From Eubacteriales bacterium (lineage in GTDB: Bacteria; Bacillota; Clostridia; Oscillospirales; Butyricicoccaceae): DNA of 64,000 nucleotides. The notes under the pieces are model-generated. The model was not told the DNA's origin. It worked only from the letters and a program-made list of their open reading frames with translations, and searched no databases. A program made the translations under genes and the position numbers. This document shows, piece by piece, positions 38,344 through 48,255 of the stretch. The stretch spans positions 458-64,457 of the forward strand of contig JAUNGQ010000009.1 of assembly GCA_030524285.1 (NCBI GenBank), read 5' to 3'. The stretch's first letter is position 1. Each line of letters starts with the position of its first letter.

Positions 38344-40184
38344 TTCTCTGCCTCCTTGCTTCCGCTGCGGAAATATTGATAAACCGACGCGGCAGCGGAA
38401 TGCGGCAGAACCGTTTTCAGCTCCTCCATATCTGCCTGACGGATACGTTTGATACTTTTGAATTTCTTTAACAGGGCTGTCCGACGTTTTGCACCGATCC
38501 CGGGTATTTGATCCAACTCGGAACGCACAGCATCTGCCTGTCGCAAGGAACGCTGATACGTAATTGCAAACCGATGCACTTCCTCCTGCATCCGTCCAAC
38601 CAGCGCAAACACTGCCGGCGTTGTCGCAATACTGAATTCCCTGCCGTCCGGTGCAACCAATCCGCGTGTCCGGTGACGGTCATCCTTCACCATACCAAAA
38701 ACCGGTGTATCACAGCCAAAACGGTCCAGCACAGCCTTTGCGACATGGACATGCCCCAAGCCGCCGTCAATCATAAAAACACTCGGCAGCTCGGAAAATT
38801 TTTCATCCCCATCTTTCCACCGCTGCATCCGACGCGTCAGCATTTCCTCCATTGCCTGATAGTCATCCTGCCCATTTGCTACGGATTCAATGCGGAACCG
38901 ACGGTATCGGCTGCGCTTGGGCTGCCCGTTTTCAAAGACCACCATTGAACCGACGGTATTGGTACCGGCCAGATTGGAGATATCATATGCTTCAAAGCTG
39001 ACCGGCGTCTGTTCCAGCCCCATCATATTGCCAAACAGCTCCAGTGATTTCTGTCTGCGCTGTGAGCTTGTTTCCGAACGTGCGATTTCCTCTGATGCAT
39101 TTTTTTTCGCCATCTGCATCAGCTCACGGCGCCTGCCGCGCTGCGGTACAGTCAGCGTTACCTTTTTGCCAGCGATAGACCGTAAAAATGCCTCTACAGT
39201 CTCCATTGCCTCGATTTCCTCAGAAATGAGCACCAGCCCCGGTACAACGCCACGCATGGAATAATATTGCTTGATATAGCCCTCCAATAGCTCTGCACCG
39301 TCCTCTGCCCACGTCCCATCCAGCATGATATATTCCTTATCGTGAAAATCGCCCGCCAGATAATGCAGTACGACAATACAACCCTTTGTTTCCCCCTGCA
39401 CAAATGCAATGATGTCCATATCGGAAAACCCGCTGGCAACTACCATCTGATGCTGTCCGGCGCGCTGGATGGCACGCATACGGTCACGTATCTGCGCCGC
39501 CTGCTCAAAGCGCTCTTCTTCAGCCGCCTGATACATTTCCTGCTCCAGCTGCTTTACCAGTTGCTCATAATTTCCTTCCAGTACGCCAATGGCCTGCGCA
39601 ACCCGCTGTGCATATTCTTCCTGCGCGATCTCCCCTGCACAAGGTGCACAACAGCGCCCCAGCTGTGCATTCAGGCAGGGCCGCGTCTTACCGATATCCC
39701 GTGGCAAAACCCTTCTGCAGTCCCGCAAGCCCAATGCGCGGCTGACCGTATCGATGGCCTGAAAGGCAGCGCCGCGTCCGGCATATGGCCCCAGATACCG
39801 CGCCGTATCGTTTTTCGGCCTGCTCACAACACTGAATACGGGATACGGCTGATCTGTCGCCACACGAATGAACGGATACCCCTTGTCATCCTTCAGCAGG
39901 ATATTATATTTCGGCTTATATTTTTTGATCATCTGGTTTTCCAAAACCAGCGCCTCAAACTCCGAACCGCAGACGATAATATCAAAATTGTCGATATTTT
40001 CCACCATTTTTCGGGTTTTGGGCGTGTGCTTTGCCTCGTTTTGGAAATATTGAGAAACTCGGTTTTTGAGCGCCTTTGCCTTACCGACATAGATGACTTG
40101 TCCATGCCGGTTTTTCATAATATAAACTCCCGGCTCTCTTGGCAGCGTCAACACCTTTTGATGCAGTTCTTCATGTGTAGCCAT
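38340..40184 (-). CDS. uvrC: Excinuclease ABC subunit C
   Basis: GIY-YIG PGVY...YVGKAK, DISN, IDGGLG and a C-terminal HhH. Confidence 0.97.
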   Translation of the reverse strand: MATHEELHQKVLTLPREPGVYIMKNRHGQVIYVGKAKALKNRVSQYFQNEAKHTPKTRKMVENIDNFDIIVCGSEFEALVLENQMIKKYKPKYNILLKDDKGYPFIRVATDQPYPVFSVVSRPKNDTARYLGPYAGRGAAFQAIDTVSRALGLRDCRRVLPRDIGKTRPCLNAQLGRCCAPCAGEIAQEEYAQRVAQAIGVLEGNYEQLVKQLEQEMYQAAEEERFEQAAQIRDRMRAIQRAGQHQMVVASGFSDMDIIAFVQGETKGCIVVLHYLAGDFHDKEYIMLDGTWAEDGAELLEGYIKQYYSMRGVVPGLVLISEEIEAMETVEAFLRSIAGKKVTLTVPQRGRRRELMQMAKKNASEEIARSETSSQRRQKSLELFGNMMGLEQTPVSFEAYDISNLAGTNTVGSMVVFENGQPKRSRYRRFRIESVANGQDDYQAMEEMLTRRMQRWKDGDEKFSELPSVFMIDGGLGHVHVAKAVLDRFGCDTPVFGMVKDDRHRTRGLVAPDGREFSIATTPAVFALVGRMQEEVHRFAITYQRSLRQADAVRSELDQIPGIGAKRRTALLKKFKSIKRIRQADMEELKTVLPHSAAASVYQYFRSGSKEAEK

Positions 40185-40276
40185 AAGCAGCCTCCCTCAA
40201 AGCCTTCCGGCTGTGGTGAGAAAAAAAGAGACACCGCAATGCCAGCGGTGTCATCTGTTCGTGCGTTCGATTGAAA

Positions 40277-40555
40277 TCAGTCGCTGAAGTTCGAGTCACT
40301 GAAATTAGACTGGATCAGATCAGTCAGTGCATTGACTGCCTCTACCTCATCAACGCCGTCAGCAATCAGGGTGATTGTCGTTCCCTTGGTGATACCCAGA
40401 GACAGAATGCCCAGAAGGCTCTTTGCATTTACTCTGCGCTCTTCCTTTTCAACCAGAATGGTGCTCTTAAAGCCGTTTGCACACTGAATAAAAAATGTAG
40501 CCGGACGTGCATACAGTCCAACCTGGTTCGTTACCTGAACTTCCTGTGAAAACAT
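40277..40555 (-). CDS. HPr family phosphocarrier with Tyr at position 15 (Crh-like)
   Basis: GLYARPA in place of GLHARPA; NAKS46 retained. Confidence 0.9.
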   Translation of the reverse strand: MFSQEVQVTNQVGLYARPATFFIQCANGFKSTILVEKEERRVNAKSLLGILSLGITKGTTITLIADGVDEVEAVNALTDLIQSNFSDSNFSD

Positions 40556-40814
40556 TTCAACATCGCTCCTATAAACAAATTTAAAACTAAAAAAACATTA
40601 CACAATACATACTTGAGCCCAGTCCTGTTACAGACCAAATAGTACTTATAGCATACCTGTTTTTTTCGATTTCGTCAATATACTTTTGTAACAAAAGAGA
40701 GCATTTTCCTGCCGGAATTTGTAGACGATTCTCAAATCCGACAAAAGGTAAAGTGGCAATCTTCAACAAAATTTATTTTTTTGCCAGAAATTTTTCTGTT
40801 TTTTTGTCAGAATG

Positions 40815-43208
40815 TTATCTCAATTCCAGAATGGTGACACCCATATCGCCTTCGCCATAGCGTCCATTGCGTATCGATTTTACATGCTTATCATGTCGCA
40901 GATGCTGCTGGATTGCTGTGCGGAGGGCGCCGGTTCCCTTGCCATGGATTACCGTAACAATATCCAGATGTGCCATCAGACAATCGGAAATATAGCGGTC
41001 TACCTCCATCAAGGCTTCCTCCACCATCATACCACGCACATCCAGCTCACTCTTTGCCGCAGCACGGCGAATTTCTGCCGCATTGCCCGTCGGTGCATGA
41101 TAAGCCTTCTTCGGCTTTTCTTTCTTTTTTTCCTCCAGGCGCAGCTCATTGATCGGTACATTGACCTTCATAATGCCAGCTTGTACATAAACCATGCCGT
41201 CCTTGTTCTCCGGCTTTAACACAGTTCCCTGCACACCGACATTAAGCAGATATACCGTATCGCCTGCCTTGAGCGGGCGGATGCTTTCCGGCTCAACCTT
41301 CTTTTTCTCACGCTTATTGGCATTGCGTTCTGCCTGCCCCAGCGTACTGCGCAGAGCGGCACGCGCTGCTGCCAAATTCTGATCTGCGGCATTGGTCTGC
41401 GCCTGCTTTTTCATATCATCCAACTGCGCAAACACATTTTCGGATACCAGACGCGCTTCCCGCAGGATACGTGCCGCCTGATCCCTCGCCTTTTCCAAAA
41501 TCGCATCGGTTTCGTCCTCAGCCTTGCCCTTCAGGTTAACCGCCTTGTCCTTTTCTGACTGTGCGGTGCGGCGCAACCGGTCTGCATCCTCACGCTGCTT
41601 TTGCAGCTGATGACGCTCGCGTTCCAGACGATCCAAAACATCCTCAAAACGCACATTTTCCGCGGAAATCTGCTCCTTTGCCCGCTCAATAATAGCAGGC
41701 TGCAAGCCCAGACGCTTGGAAATGGCAAATGCATTTGACTTGCCCGGCACGCCGGTCAGCAGCTTATAGGTTGGCTGTAAAGTCTTGACATCAAATTCAC
41801 AGGAGGCATTTTCAACACCATCTGTCGACAGTGCAAACACCTTCAGCTCAGAGTAATGTGTTGTTGCTGCAACCAGAGAACACATTTGCCTGCCATATTC
41901 GATGATAGCAACCGCCAGCGCTGCACCTTCCTCCGGATCTGTTCCGGCGCCCAGTTCGTCAAACAGAATGAGATCATCCGGCCCGCACTTTTCCATGATG
42001 GCAACGGTATTCTTCATATGCGCCGAGAATGTCGATAACGATTGTTCAATACTCTGCTCGTCGCCAATATCCGCATAAATATTCCGGAACAGGCAAACCG
42101 TACTCTCCTCATTTGCGGGAATATGCATACCGGAAGCTGCCATCAGGCTCAGCAGGCCCAGTGTTTTCAGGCTGACCGTTTTGCCGCCCGTGTTCGGGCC
42201 GGTAATGACCAGCGTATCATAATCATAGCCCAACGCAATGTCAATCGGCACTGCGGTTTTCTGATCCAGCAGCGGGTGCCGTGCGCGAAGCAGATTCACC
42301 TGTGTTTTCTCACTCAGCTGCGGCGAACAGGCATTCAGCTTGAACGAATAATTTGCCTTGGCAAAAATAAAATCCAGCTTGCACAGGACATCATAATCCG
42401 CCTCAATGGCATCCGCAAAGCCGGCAACGTCAGTCGTCAGTTCAGCAAGAATACGCTCAATTTCCGCCTTTTCTTTCCCAAGCAGAATTTTAATCTGGTT
42501 ATTCGCATTGACAACCTGCGCCGGCTCGATGAACAGTGTTGCGCCGGAAGCGGAAACGTCATGCACCATACCCGGAATGTCGCCGCGGTGTTCACTTTTG
42601 ACCGGAATAACATACCGTCCGTCACGCTGGGTAATCAGGTTCTCCTGTAAATATTTTGAATAGGTAGCCGACGAAACAAAATGGTTCAGCGTTTCGCGCA
42701 CACGTACATTCTGCTGACGCATCTGCCTGCGGATATTCGCCAGTTCAGAGGACGCTGCATCCGCAATCTCTTCCTCACTGATAATTGCGCGGTTGATTTT
42801 ATCTTCCAAATATTTGTTGCTGTTGATACGCGCAAAATAGTGATCCAGCGCGGTTTTCAGCCCGTTATCCTGCTGCTCATTGCCATATTTGCGCACCTGT
42901 CCTGCTGCATGAAGCAGGGATGCCACATCCAGCAGCTCGCGCGTAGATAACACGCCGCCCATTTTTGCACGTCCCAGAGCTGCCGCTACCTCGCGGATAC
43001 CGCCAAAGGCCGGTGTACCGCTGGATGTCATCATACGCTTGGCATCGTCTGTCTGTGTCAGCAGCTCCTGCACATCCTCAAGATCATGCATCGGGCGCAG
43101 ATTCTTTGCCTCCTGCTTCGCCTTACGGCTGACACAATGCTCCGCAAGCTGATCGAGAATGGTATAGTATTCTAATATTCTCAGACTTTTTTCAGATAAT
43201 TTACTCAT
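40815..43208 (-). CDS. mutS2: Endonuclease MutS2
   Basis: TGPNTGGKT, DIGDEQS, DELGAGTDP and a C-terminal Smr domain (IHGKGTG). Confidence 0.96.
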   Translation of the reverse strand: MSKLSEKSLRILEYYTILDQLAEHCVSRKAKQEAKNLRPMHDLEDVQELLTQTDDAKRMMTSSGTPAFGGIREVAAALGRAKMGGVLSTRELLDVASLLHAAGQVRKYGNEQQDNGLKTALDHYFARINSNKYLEDKINRAIISEEEIADAASSELANIRRQMRQQNVRVRETLNHFVSSATYSKYLQENLITQRDGRYVIPVKSEHRGDIPGMVHDVSASGATLFIEPAQVVNANNQIKILLGKEKAEIERILAELTTDVAGFADAIEADYDVLCKLDFIFAKANYSFKLNACSPQLSEKTQVNLLRARHPLLDQKTAVPIDIALGYDYDTLVITGPNTGGKTVSLKTLGLLSLMAASGMHIPANEESTVCLFRNIYADIGDEQSIEQSLSTFSAHMKNTVAIMEKCGPDDLILFDELGAGTDPEEGAALAVAIIEYGRQMCSLVAATTHYSELKVFALSTDGVENASCEFDVKTLQPTYKLLTGVPGKSNAFAISKRLGLQPAIIERAKEQISAENVRFEDVLDRLERERHQLQKQREDADRLRRTAQSEKDKAVNLKGKAEDETDAILEKARDQAARILREARLVSENVFAQLDDMKKQAQTNAADQNLAAARAALRSTLGQAERNANKREKKKVEPESIRPLKAGDTVYLLNVGVQGTVLKPENKDGMVYVQAGIMKVNVPINELRLEEKKKEKPKKAYHAPTGNAAEIRRAAAKSELDVRGMMVEEALMEVDRYISDCLMAHLDIVTVIHGKGTGALRTAIQQHLRHDKHVKSIRNGRYGEGDMGVTILELR

Positions 43209-43975
43209 GATTTGTTGTATTGCTCCATTTGAAAAAGAGAATGATAAAAATCCAGTGTTTTACAGTGAATATCCAGATGATACAGCAGATACCGTTCGCA
43301 GATCATTCCCAGCTGCTGTGCGGTCTGCTCATTGACCGCAAACGCAAACAGCTTTTTCCCCGGGCAGGAAAGAATATACCGCATCGCATCCAGCACCCCC
43401 TGCGGCACGGCAAAATACGTACCACCGACACGTTTCCGGCATTCGCCGCATATCAGTGCGCCGTTTTCCAGCAGAAAGGACCATGTATCGCTTTCTGTCT
43501 CTCCACATGCGCCGCAGCCATTCAACTCCGGCCGATAGCCCAGCGCTGCTGCAAGCCGCAGCTCAAACGCCGCCTTGACGATATGCACCTGACGCCGTTG
43601 CCTGTCCAATGCATACAGGGCACGCAGGAACATCGGCAACAAATCCTCCACCGCTGTATCCGCTTCTGCCGCCATATTTGCCAGCTCAGCAAAATAACAG
43701 CACAATGCATAATACTCTATATTTCCGGTAATGCCCCAAAACTGCGTGTCAATCTCCGCATCATTGAGGGTATACCGCCTGCCGGAAAACAGGGTAAATT
43801 CACTGTAGCAGAACAGCCCAACCGCATTGGCAAGCCGTCCTTTTTTCCGCCGGATTCCACGGCACAGCACTTCTATTTTGCCCAGTTCCGCAGTCAGAAC
43901 TGTAATATAACGGTCAGCCTCTCCGAAATCTGTCTCGCGGATCACAAGGCCCTTTATGGTGACATGCTGTGCCAT
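43205..43975 (-). CDS. recO: DNA repair protein RecO
   Basis: GLVIRE...GEADR; CxxC...CxxC zinc finger; position after era. Confidence 0.92.
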   Translation of the reverse strand: MAQHVTIKGLVIRETDFGEADRYITVLTAELGKIEVLCRGIRRKKGRLANAVGLFCYSEFTLFSGRRYTLNDAEIDTQFWGITGNIEYYALCCYFAELANMAAEADTAVEDLLPMFLRALYALDRQRRQVHIVKAAFELRLAAALGYRPELNGCGACGETESDTWSFLLENGALICGECRKRVGGTYFAVPQGVLDAMRYILSCPGKKLFAFAVNEQTAQQLGMICERYLLYHLDIHCKTLDFYHSLFQMEQYNKS

Positions 43976-44026
43976 CGCTGTTTTCCTTCCGTTCATATCA
44001 ATTGATTTTTTTAAGATATGATAAAA

Positions 44027-44078
44027 ACTCCTTCAGTCCGCACAGACAGCGCGGACGGTTCCCTCCCATGAGGGAGCC
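44027..44078 (+). repeat. REP-like element copy
   Basis: ACTCCTTCAGTC-hairpin-GGTTCCCTCCCATGAGGGAGCC, homologous to 14188-14236. Confidence 0.7.
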
Positions 44079-44098
44079 AGAATAGGCACACCCTATAG

Positions 44099-44992
44099 CT
44101 ACTCGTTTTCGTAGCCGAAGTTGCGCATCTGATACTGGTTGTTGCGCCAGCCTTCCTTTACTTTAACCCAAAGCTGCAAAAATACGCGGGTGTCCAGCAG
44201 CTCTTCGATATCGACGCGTGCCTGTGCGCCGATTTCCTTCAGCATCCGTCCGTTTTTCCCGATGATAATGCCCTTATGACTCTTTTTCTCACAGTAAATA
44301 GTTGCGGCAATCTCCATCAGTCCATCTTCCCGTTCATGCATCTGTTCCACAGCAACCGCTGTTCCATGTGGCACTTCACGGTCAAGATTAAGCAGCATCT
44401 TTTCACGAACAATTTCCGCCACCAATTGCCGCTCCGGCTGGTCACACAGCATATCGTCCGGGAACAATTGCGGCCCTTCAATCGCAAACTTTTCAAACTC
44501 CTCAAACAGGATTTCGCAGTTCTCACCGGTTTTTGCAGATAATGGGACTACGGCATCCCATGCATGTACCTGCGAATATGCCGCGATAATGGCAAGCAGC
44601 TCTTCATTCTTTACCGTGTCAATTTTATTGATAATCAGGACAGACGGCATGTGATACTGTTTCATGCGGTCAATCAACTCCTGCTCCGCAGGCCCGATGT
44701 GCGGTACGGGATCCACCACCAGTGCAGCAATATCCACGTCCGTCACAGTATCATTGATAACCTTAACCATATAATCGCCCAGACGGGAGCGCGGCTTATG
44801 CAGTCCCGGCGTATCCTGAAAGACATACTGACAATCCCCCTTGGTCAACACGCCGGTAATACGGGTACGGGTTGTCTGCGGCTTATTGGATACGATCGCA
44901 ATTTTTGTGCCCACCAGCTGATTGAGCAGCGTGGATTTACCGACATTTGGTTTGCCAACAATGGAAATAATGGCACTCTTTTTTACACTCAT
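44099..44992 (-). CDS. era: GTPase Era
   Basis: GKPNVGKS, DTPG, NKID and KH domain GIIIGKNG. Confidence 0.97.
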   Translation of the reverse strand: MSVKKSAIISIVGKPNVGKSTLLNQLVGTKIAIVSNKPQTTRTRITGVLTKGDCQYVFQDTPGLHKPRSRLGDYMVKVINDTVTDVDIAALVVDPVPHIGPAEQELIDRMKQYHMPSVLIINKIDTVKNEELLAIIAAYSQVHAWDAVVPLSAKTGENCEILFEEFEKFAIEGPQLFPDDMLCDQPERQLVAEIVREKMLLNLDREVPHGTAVAVEQMHEREDGLMEIAATIYCEKKSHKGIIIGKNGRMLKEIGAQARVDIEELLDTRVFLQLWVKVKEGWRNNQYQMRNFGYENE

Positions 44993-45051
44993 GTATTGTC
45001 TCCTTGTTATTGCTGACGGTATTGATACGATACCCCCAATTTTTCATCACA

Positions 45052-45074
45052 GGCTCCCTCAAAGGAGGGAAGTT
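45052..45074 (-). repeat. REP-like half element
   Basis: GGCTCCCTCAAAGGAGGGAAGTT, the terminal hairpin in inverse orientation. Confidence 0.55.
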
Positions 45075-45114
45075 CATTTTATCAAAGCTCCCGATTCCAC
45101 TTTCATACCATCGG

Positions 45115-45630
45115 CTATTTTTCAAATTGGTCTGTTTCACGGCTGAGTCCCAGCTTGGACAGCACAGCCTCCTCATGCTTTCTCTGTATCCGGCGCTCTT
45201 CCTCGCTGCGTTCATGGTCATAGCCCAGCAGGTGCAGCATGGAATGGACGGTGAGGAAGCCGCATTCGCGTTCGACAGGATGTCCATATTCCTCTGCCTG
45301 CTCGACAGCACGATCATAGTTCAAAATCATATCACCGAGGAACAACGAATGATCTTCCGGATTGCGCTCTATATCCACATTCTCCGGCCATTCGCCGTTA
45401 TAAAACTCCAGCATCGGAAACGAAAGGACATCCGTCACAGCATCCTTATCCCGGTTTTGCCGGTTGATTTCACGAATCGTGTCTCCATCCACAATGGTGA
45501 CATCCACAAAGCACCCCTCCGGCGCCTGCTCTGCCTCCAGAGCCGCTTGTGCGCAACGGGTAATCAGCGCGGAAACCTGTTCTATATCTGCAACCTCTGC
45601 TTCCGGTGTAATGCGGATACGATGCTCCAT
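45115..45630 (-). CDS. ybeY: rRNA maturation RNase YbeY
   Basis: TDVLSFP and HSMLHLLGYDH. Confidence 0.95.
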   Translation of the reverse strand: MEHRIRITPEAEVADIEQVSALITRCAQAALEAEQAPEGCFVDVTIVDGDTIREINRQNRDKDAVTDVLSFPMLEFYNGEWPENVDIERNPEDHSLFLGDMILNYDRAVEQAEEYGHPVERECGFLTVHSMLHLLGYDHERSEEERRIQRKHEEAVLSKLGLSRETDQFEK

Positions 45631-45641
45631 GTTCATCTTCC

Positions 45642-46652
45642 TCACTTTCTCGTCGGCAGACGGCGCTTCGCCGCATTTTCTTTTGCCTTGGCAGCCTTCT
45701 GCTGCTCATACTTTTCATATGCACGTACGATGCGCTGTACCAGCTCATGGCGCACAACATCCTTGTCGGTCAGCTGGCACTGCGCAATGCCTTCTACATG
45801 CTTCAACACCTTAACTGCTTCCTTCAAACCGCTCACACGGTCACCCGGCAGGTCAATCTGCGTGATATCACCGGTGACTACCGCCTTAGAGCCAAAGCCG
45901 ATACGGGTAAGAAACATTTTCATCTGTTCCGGTGTCGTATTCTGTGCTTCATCCAAGATAATAAACGAGTCATCCAGTGTCCGTCCGCGCATATATGCCA
46001 GCGGCGCTACCTCAATGCTCCCTCGTTCAAGCAGCTTGTTAAATGTTTCCGCACCCAGCATATCAAACAGGCCATCATACAACGGACGCAGATACGGATC
46101 AACCTTACTCTGTAAATCCCCCGGCAGGAAGCCCAGTTTTTCACCGGCCTCAACCGCCGGGCGGGTCAGAATAATACGGCTGATCTGCTTATCCCGGAAA
46201 GCTGCTACCGCAGCAGCAACGGCGAGGTAAGTCTTACCCGTACCCGCCGGACCGATACCAATTGTAATGGTATTGCCGCGGATGGCATCCATATACCGTT
46301 TCTGTCCCAATGTCTTTGCCTTGATCGGCTTACCCTTGGCGGTGATGCATACAACATCCTTGCCGATTTCAGCAACCTGATTCTGTCGTCCGTCCTTTAC
46401 CAGCCCCAGAACATACTGCACCGTCTGGGTTCCAATGCTCTCGCCGCGCTGCGCCAGCTGCATCAGGGATTGAATGGTCTGCATGGCAATCGCTACATGT
46501 TCCGGGTCACTGCCAGTTACCTTCAGTTCAGTTTCCCGGCTGAGTACCGTGACATCCAGCGCGCGTTCCAGCGCCTTCATATTTTCATCAAACGCACCAA
46601 AGATGCCCATTATCAGGTCGATTGAATCAATGTGCATGGTCGTTTCTGCCAT
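45642..46652 (-). CDS. phoH: PhoH family ATPase
   Basis: GPAGTGKT, RPAVEAGE, MRGRT and DEAQN; start MAETT after GGAG. Confidence 0.95.
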   Translation of the reverse strand: MAETTMHIDSIDLIMGIFGAFDENMKALERALDVTVLSRETELKVTGSDPEHVAIAMQTIQSLMQLAQRGESIGTQTVQYVLGLVKDGRQNQVAEIGKDVVCITAKGKPIKAKTLGQKRYMDAIRGNTITIGIGPAGTGKTYLAVAAAVAAFRDKQISRIILTRPAVEAGEKLGFLPGDLQSKVDPYLRPLYDGLFDMLGAETFNKLLERGSIEVAPLAYMRGRTLDDSFIILDEAQNTTPEQMKMFLTRIGFGSKAVVTGDITQIDLPGDRVSGLKEAVKVLKHVEGIAQCQLTDKDVVRHELVQRIVRAYEKYEQQKAAKAKENAAKRRLPTRK

Positions 46653-46677
46653 ATTATTTTTCGCTCTCCTCGTTATT

Positions 46678-47913
46678 CTATTGCTCTTCTTCGGTTTCTT
46701 CTGTATCCTCTGGAAGATCAGCTTCTGTTCTGCCATCCTCCACGCTCTCTCCGATCTGTTCATAGCACCAGACCACGGAGCGCAGGACTGCCGCATCATT
46801 CTCCGTAGTCAGGTCTGCCTGCATGGAGTTTATATTTCCTTCGTTAATCTGGCGTTCCACTGAACGCCTTGCGCCGTATTCCAGCTTTGCCCGCAGCTCT
46901 TCGGCATCATGGTAAACTGCTTTTGTTGTGTATGGCTGGATGGTCTCACAGCACAGGGAAACCGGAAGCTCCAGAAAATCATTCAGTCTGATTTTCTTTG
47001 TCGTTATTATTCTATCACAATTCCCCTCTGTTAGACTACTGCTGAAAAACAAATTTATCCGTGTTTTTCCAAAACACACAGCATACCGCCGTTTACTCTT
47101 ACCGCTTTTATACTTTTTGTCAGCCTCCAATGCCATTTTTCGAGTCGTATAATACCGCGTTGACGCCCAGATATCCGCATTGGCATCCACAAGGCGTGTT
47201 TCATCCAGCTGTCCCTGCTTTTCCACCAGCGCATCCACAAGGATTTCTCCCTGCAAAACAGCATCCCCGATTTCACATTGCTCCGTACCGCGCCGCACCG
47301 CCATTTTTTCCACAATACCGTCCTTCAATGCCACCACATCATGCACACCATTTTTGGATTCATTCGCCGGTGGCTCTGTCACTGCCGCTGCCTGTACGGT
47401 TATCACATTGCCATCTACATTGACAGAAAAATATTTCAGCTCATCCAGTTCCGTCATCATATGCAGCTTGACAGCCCTTGCATCGATATCCGCACTTTTT
47501 GTCCCAATGCCAATACCAAGCTGTTGCAGTTCCTGCATGACGGCATACGCATCTACCCCCTGTGCGAACTCTGTTTCAATGACCCAGATCCGCGTCGATA
47601 GTATATAACAGGCAAAACACATCAACAGCATTCCCAACCACAGAGCATACCGCCGCCGAAGCTTTTTCCAAAAAAACGGTAGTCCACGCCGTTGTGCAAT
47701 ATGCACCCTGCACCGCGTCCGCTTCCGGACGCGGGATAAGCGGTAAAAATCCCGCAGAGACATCACTGCCTGCATTTCGTCAATATCTGTCCGCTTCGGC
47801 CTGCGCAGTGTGATATGCTCCTGTGCGCACAGATTGAGAAACCGTTCCAGCTCTGCGCCGCGTATACGGACTGACAGCATGCCGCCAGCCAGCCGAATCC
47901 AATCTGCAACCAC
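46678..47913 (-). CDS. yqfD: Sporulation protein YqfD (SpoIV)
   Basis: ERFLNL, RRGLPF and DVVALKDGIV; yqfC-yqfD-phoH synteny. Confidence 0.88.
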   Translation of the reverse strand: MVADWIRLAGGMLSVRIRGAELERFLNLCAQEHITLRRPKRTDIDEMQAVMSLRDFYRLSRVRKRTRCRVHIAQRRGLPFFWKKLRRRYALWLGMLLMCFACYILSTRIWVIETEFAQGVDAYAVMQELQQLGIGIGTKSADIDARAVKLHMMTELDELKYFSVNVDGNVITVQAAAVTEPPANESKNGVHDVVALKDGIVEKMAVRRGTEQCEIGDAVLQGEILVDALVEKQGQLDETRLVDANADIWASTRYYTTRKMALEADKKYKSGKSKRRYAVCFGKTRINLFFSSSLTEGNCDRIITTKKIRLNDFLELPVSLCCETIQPYTTKAVYHDAEELRAKLEYGARRSVERQINEGNINSMQADLTTENDAAVLRSVVWCYEQIGESVEDGRTEADLPEDTEETEEEQ

Positions 47914-47917
47914 GCGC

Positions 47918-48160
47918 TTACCCCTCTCCCGTCAGGAAGCCGACTTCTGCAATCAGCCCTACAATCGACAACTCATCCTCATCCAATGTACATAGTTCCA
48001 ACCCATCCCCGACAACGCGTATAATCAGCTTGCCGCATCGAACCCGCATTTCTTCCCTGCTGTATAACACAATGGCGCAGCGCCCGGTAATCACAATACT
48101 GCGGTTACCATCAAGCTGAATTGACGTACCGCCCAGACAGGCAGGAAATTTCTGTTCCAT
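47918..48160 (-). CDS. yqfC: YabP/YqfC family sporulation protein
   Basis: Small beta protein upstream of yqfD with GNRSIVI...YS...G. Confidence 0.75.
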   Translation of the reverse strand: MEQKFPACLGGTSIQLDGNRSIVITGRCAIVLYSREEMRVRCGKLIIRVVGDGLELCTLDEDELSIVGLIAEVGFLTGEG

Positions 48161-48185
48161 AATATGTTTCCTCCCTTCGAGAAAT

Positions 48186-48229
48186 TTGTATGCGTTACTG
48201 GCATGATTCTTGCCATTTTCTGATAGGAT
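48186..48229. promoter_or_regulatory. Putative divergent sigmaE-type promoters (yqfC and ylbJ)
   Basis: Minus-strand CATACAA at 48192-48186; plus-strand gcATG-16-GATAGGAT at 48201-48229. Confidence 0.5.
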
Positions 48230-48255
48230 GTACCAGCGGAATGGAGGGATTTTTT

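Noticed and set aside
45004-46230. 408 aa plus-strand ORF
   Set aside because: Antisense shadow of the conserved ybeY/phoH genes; no motifs or RBS.
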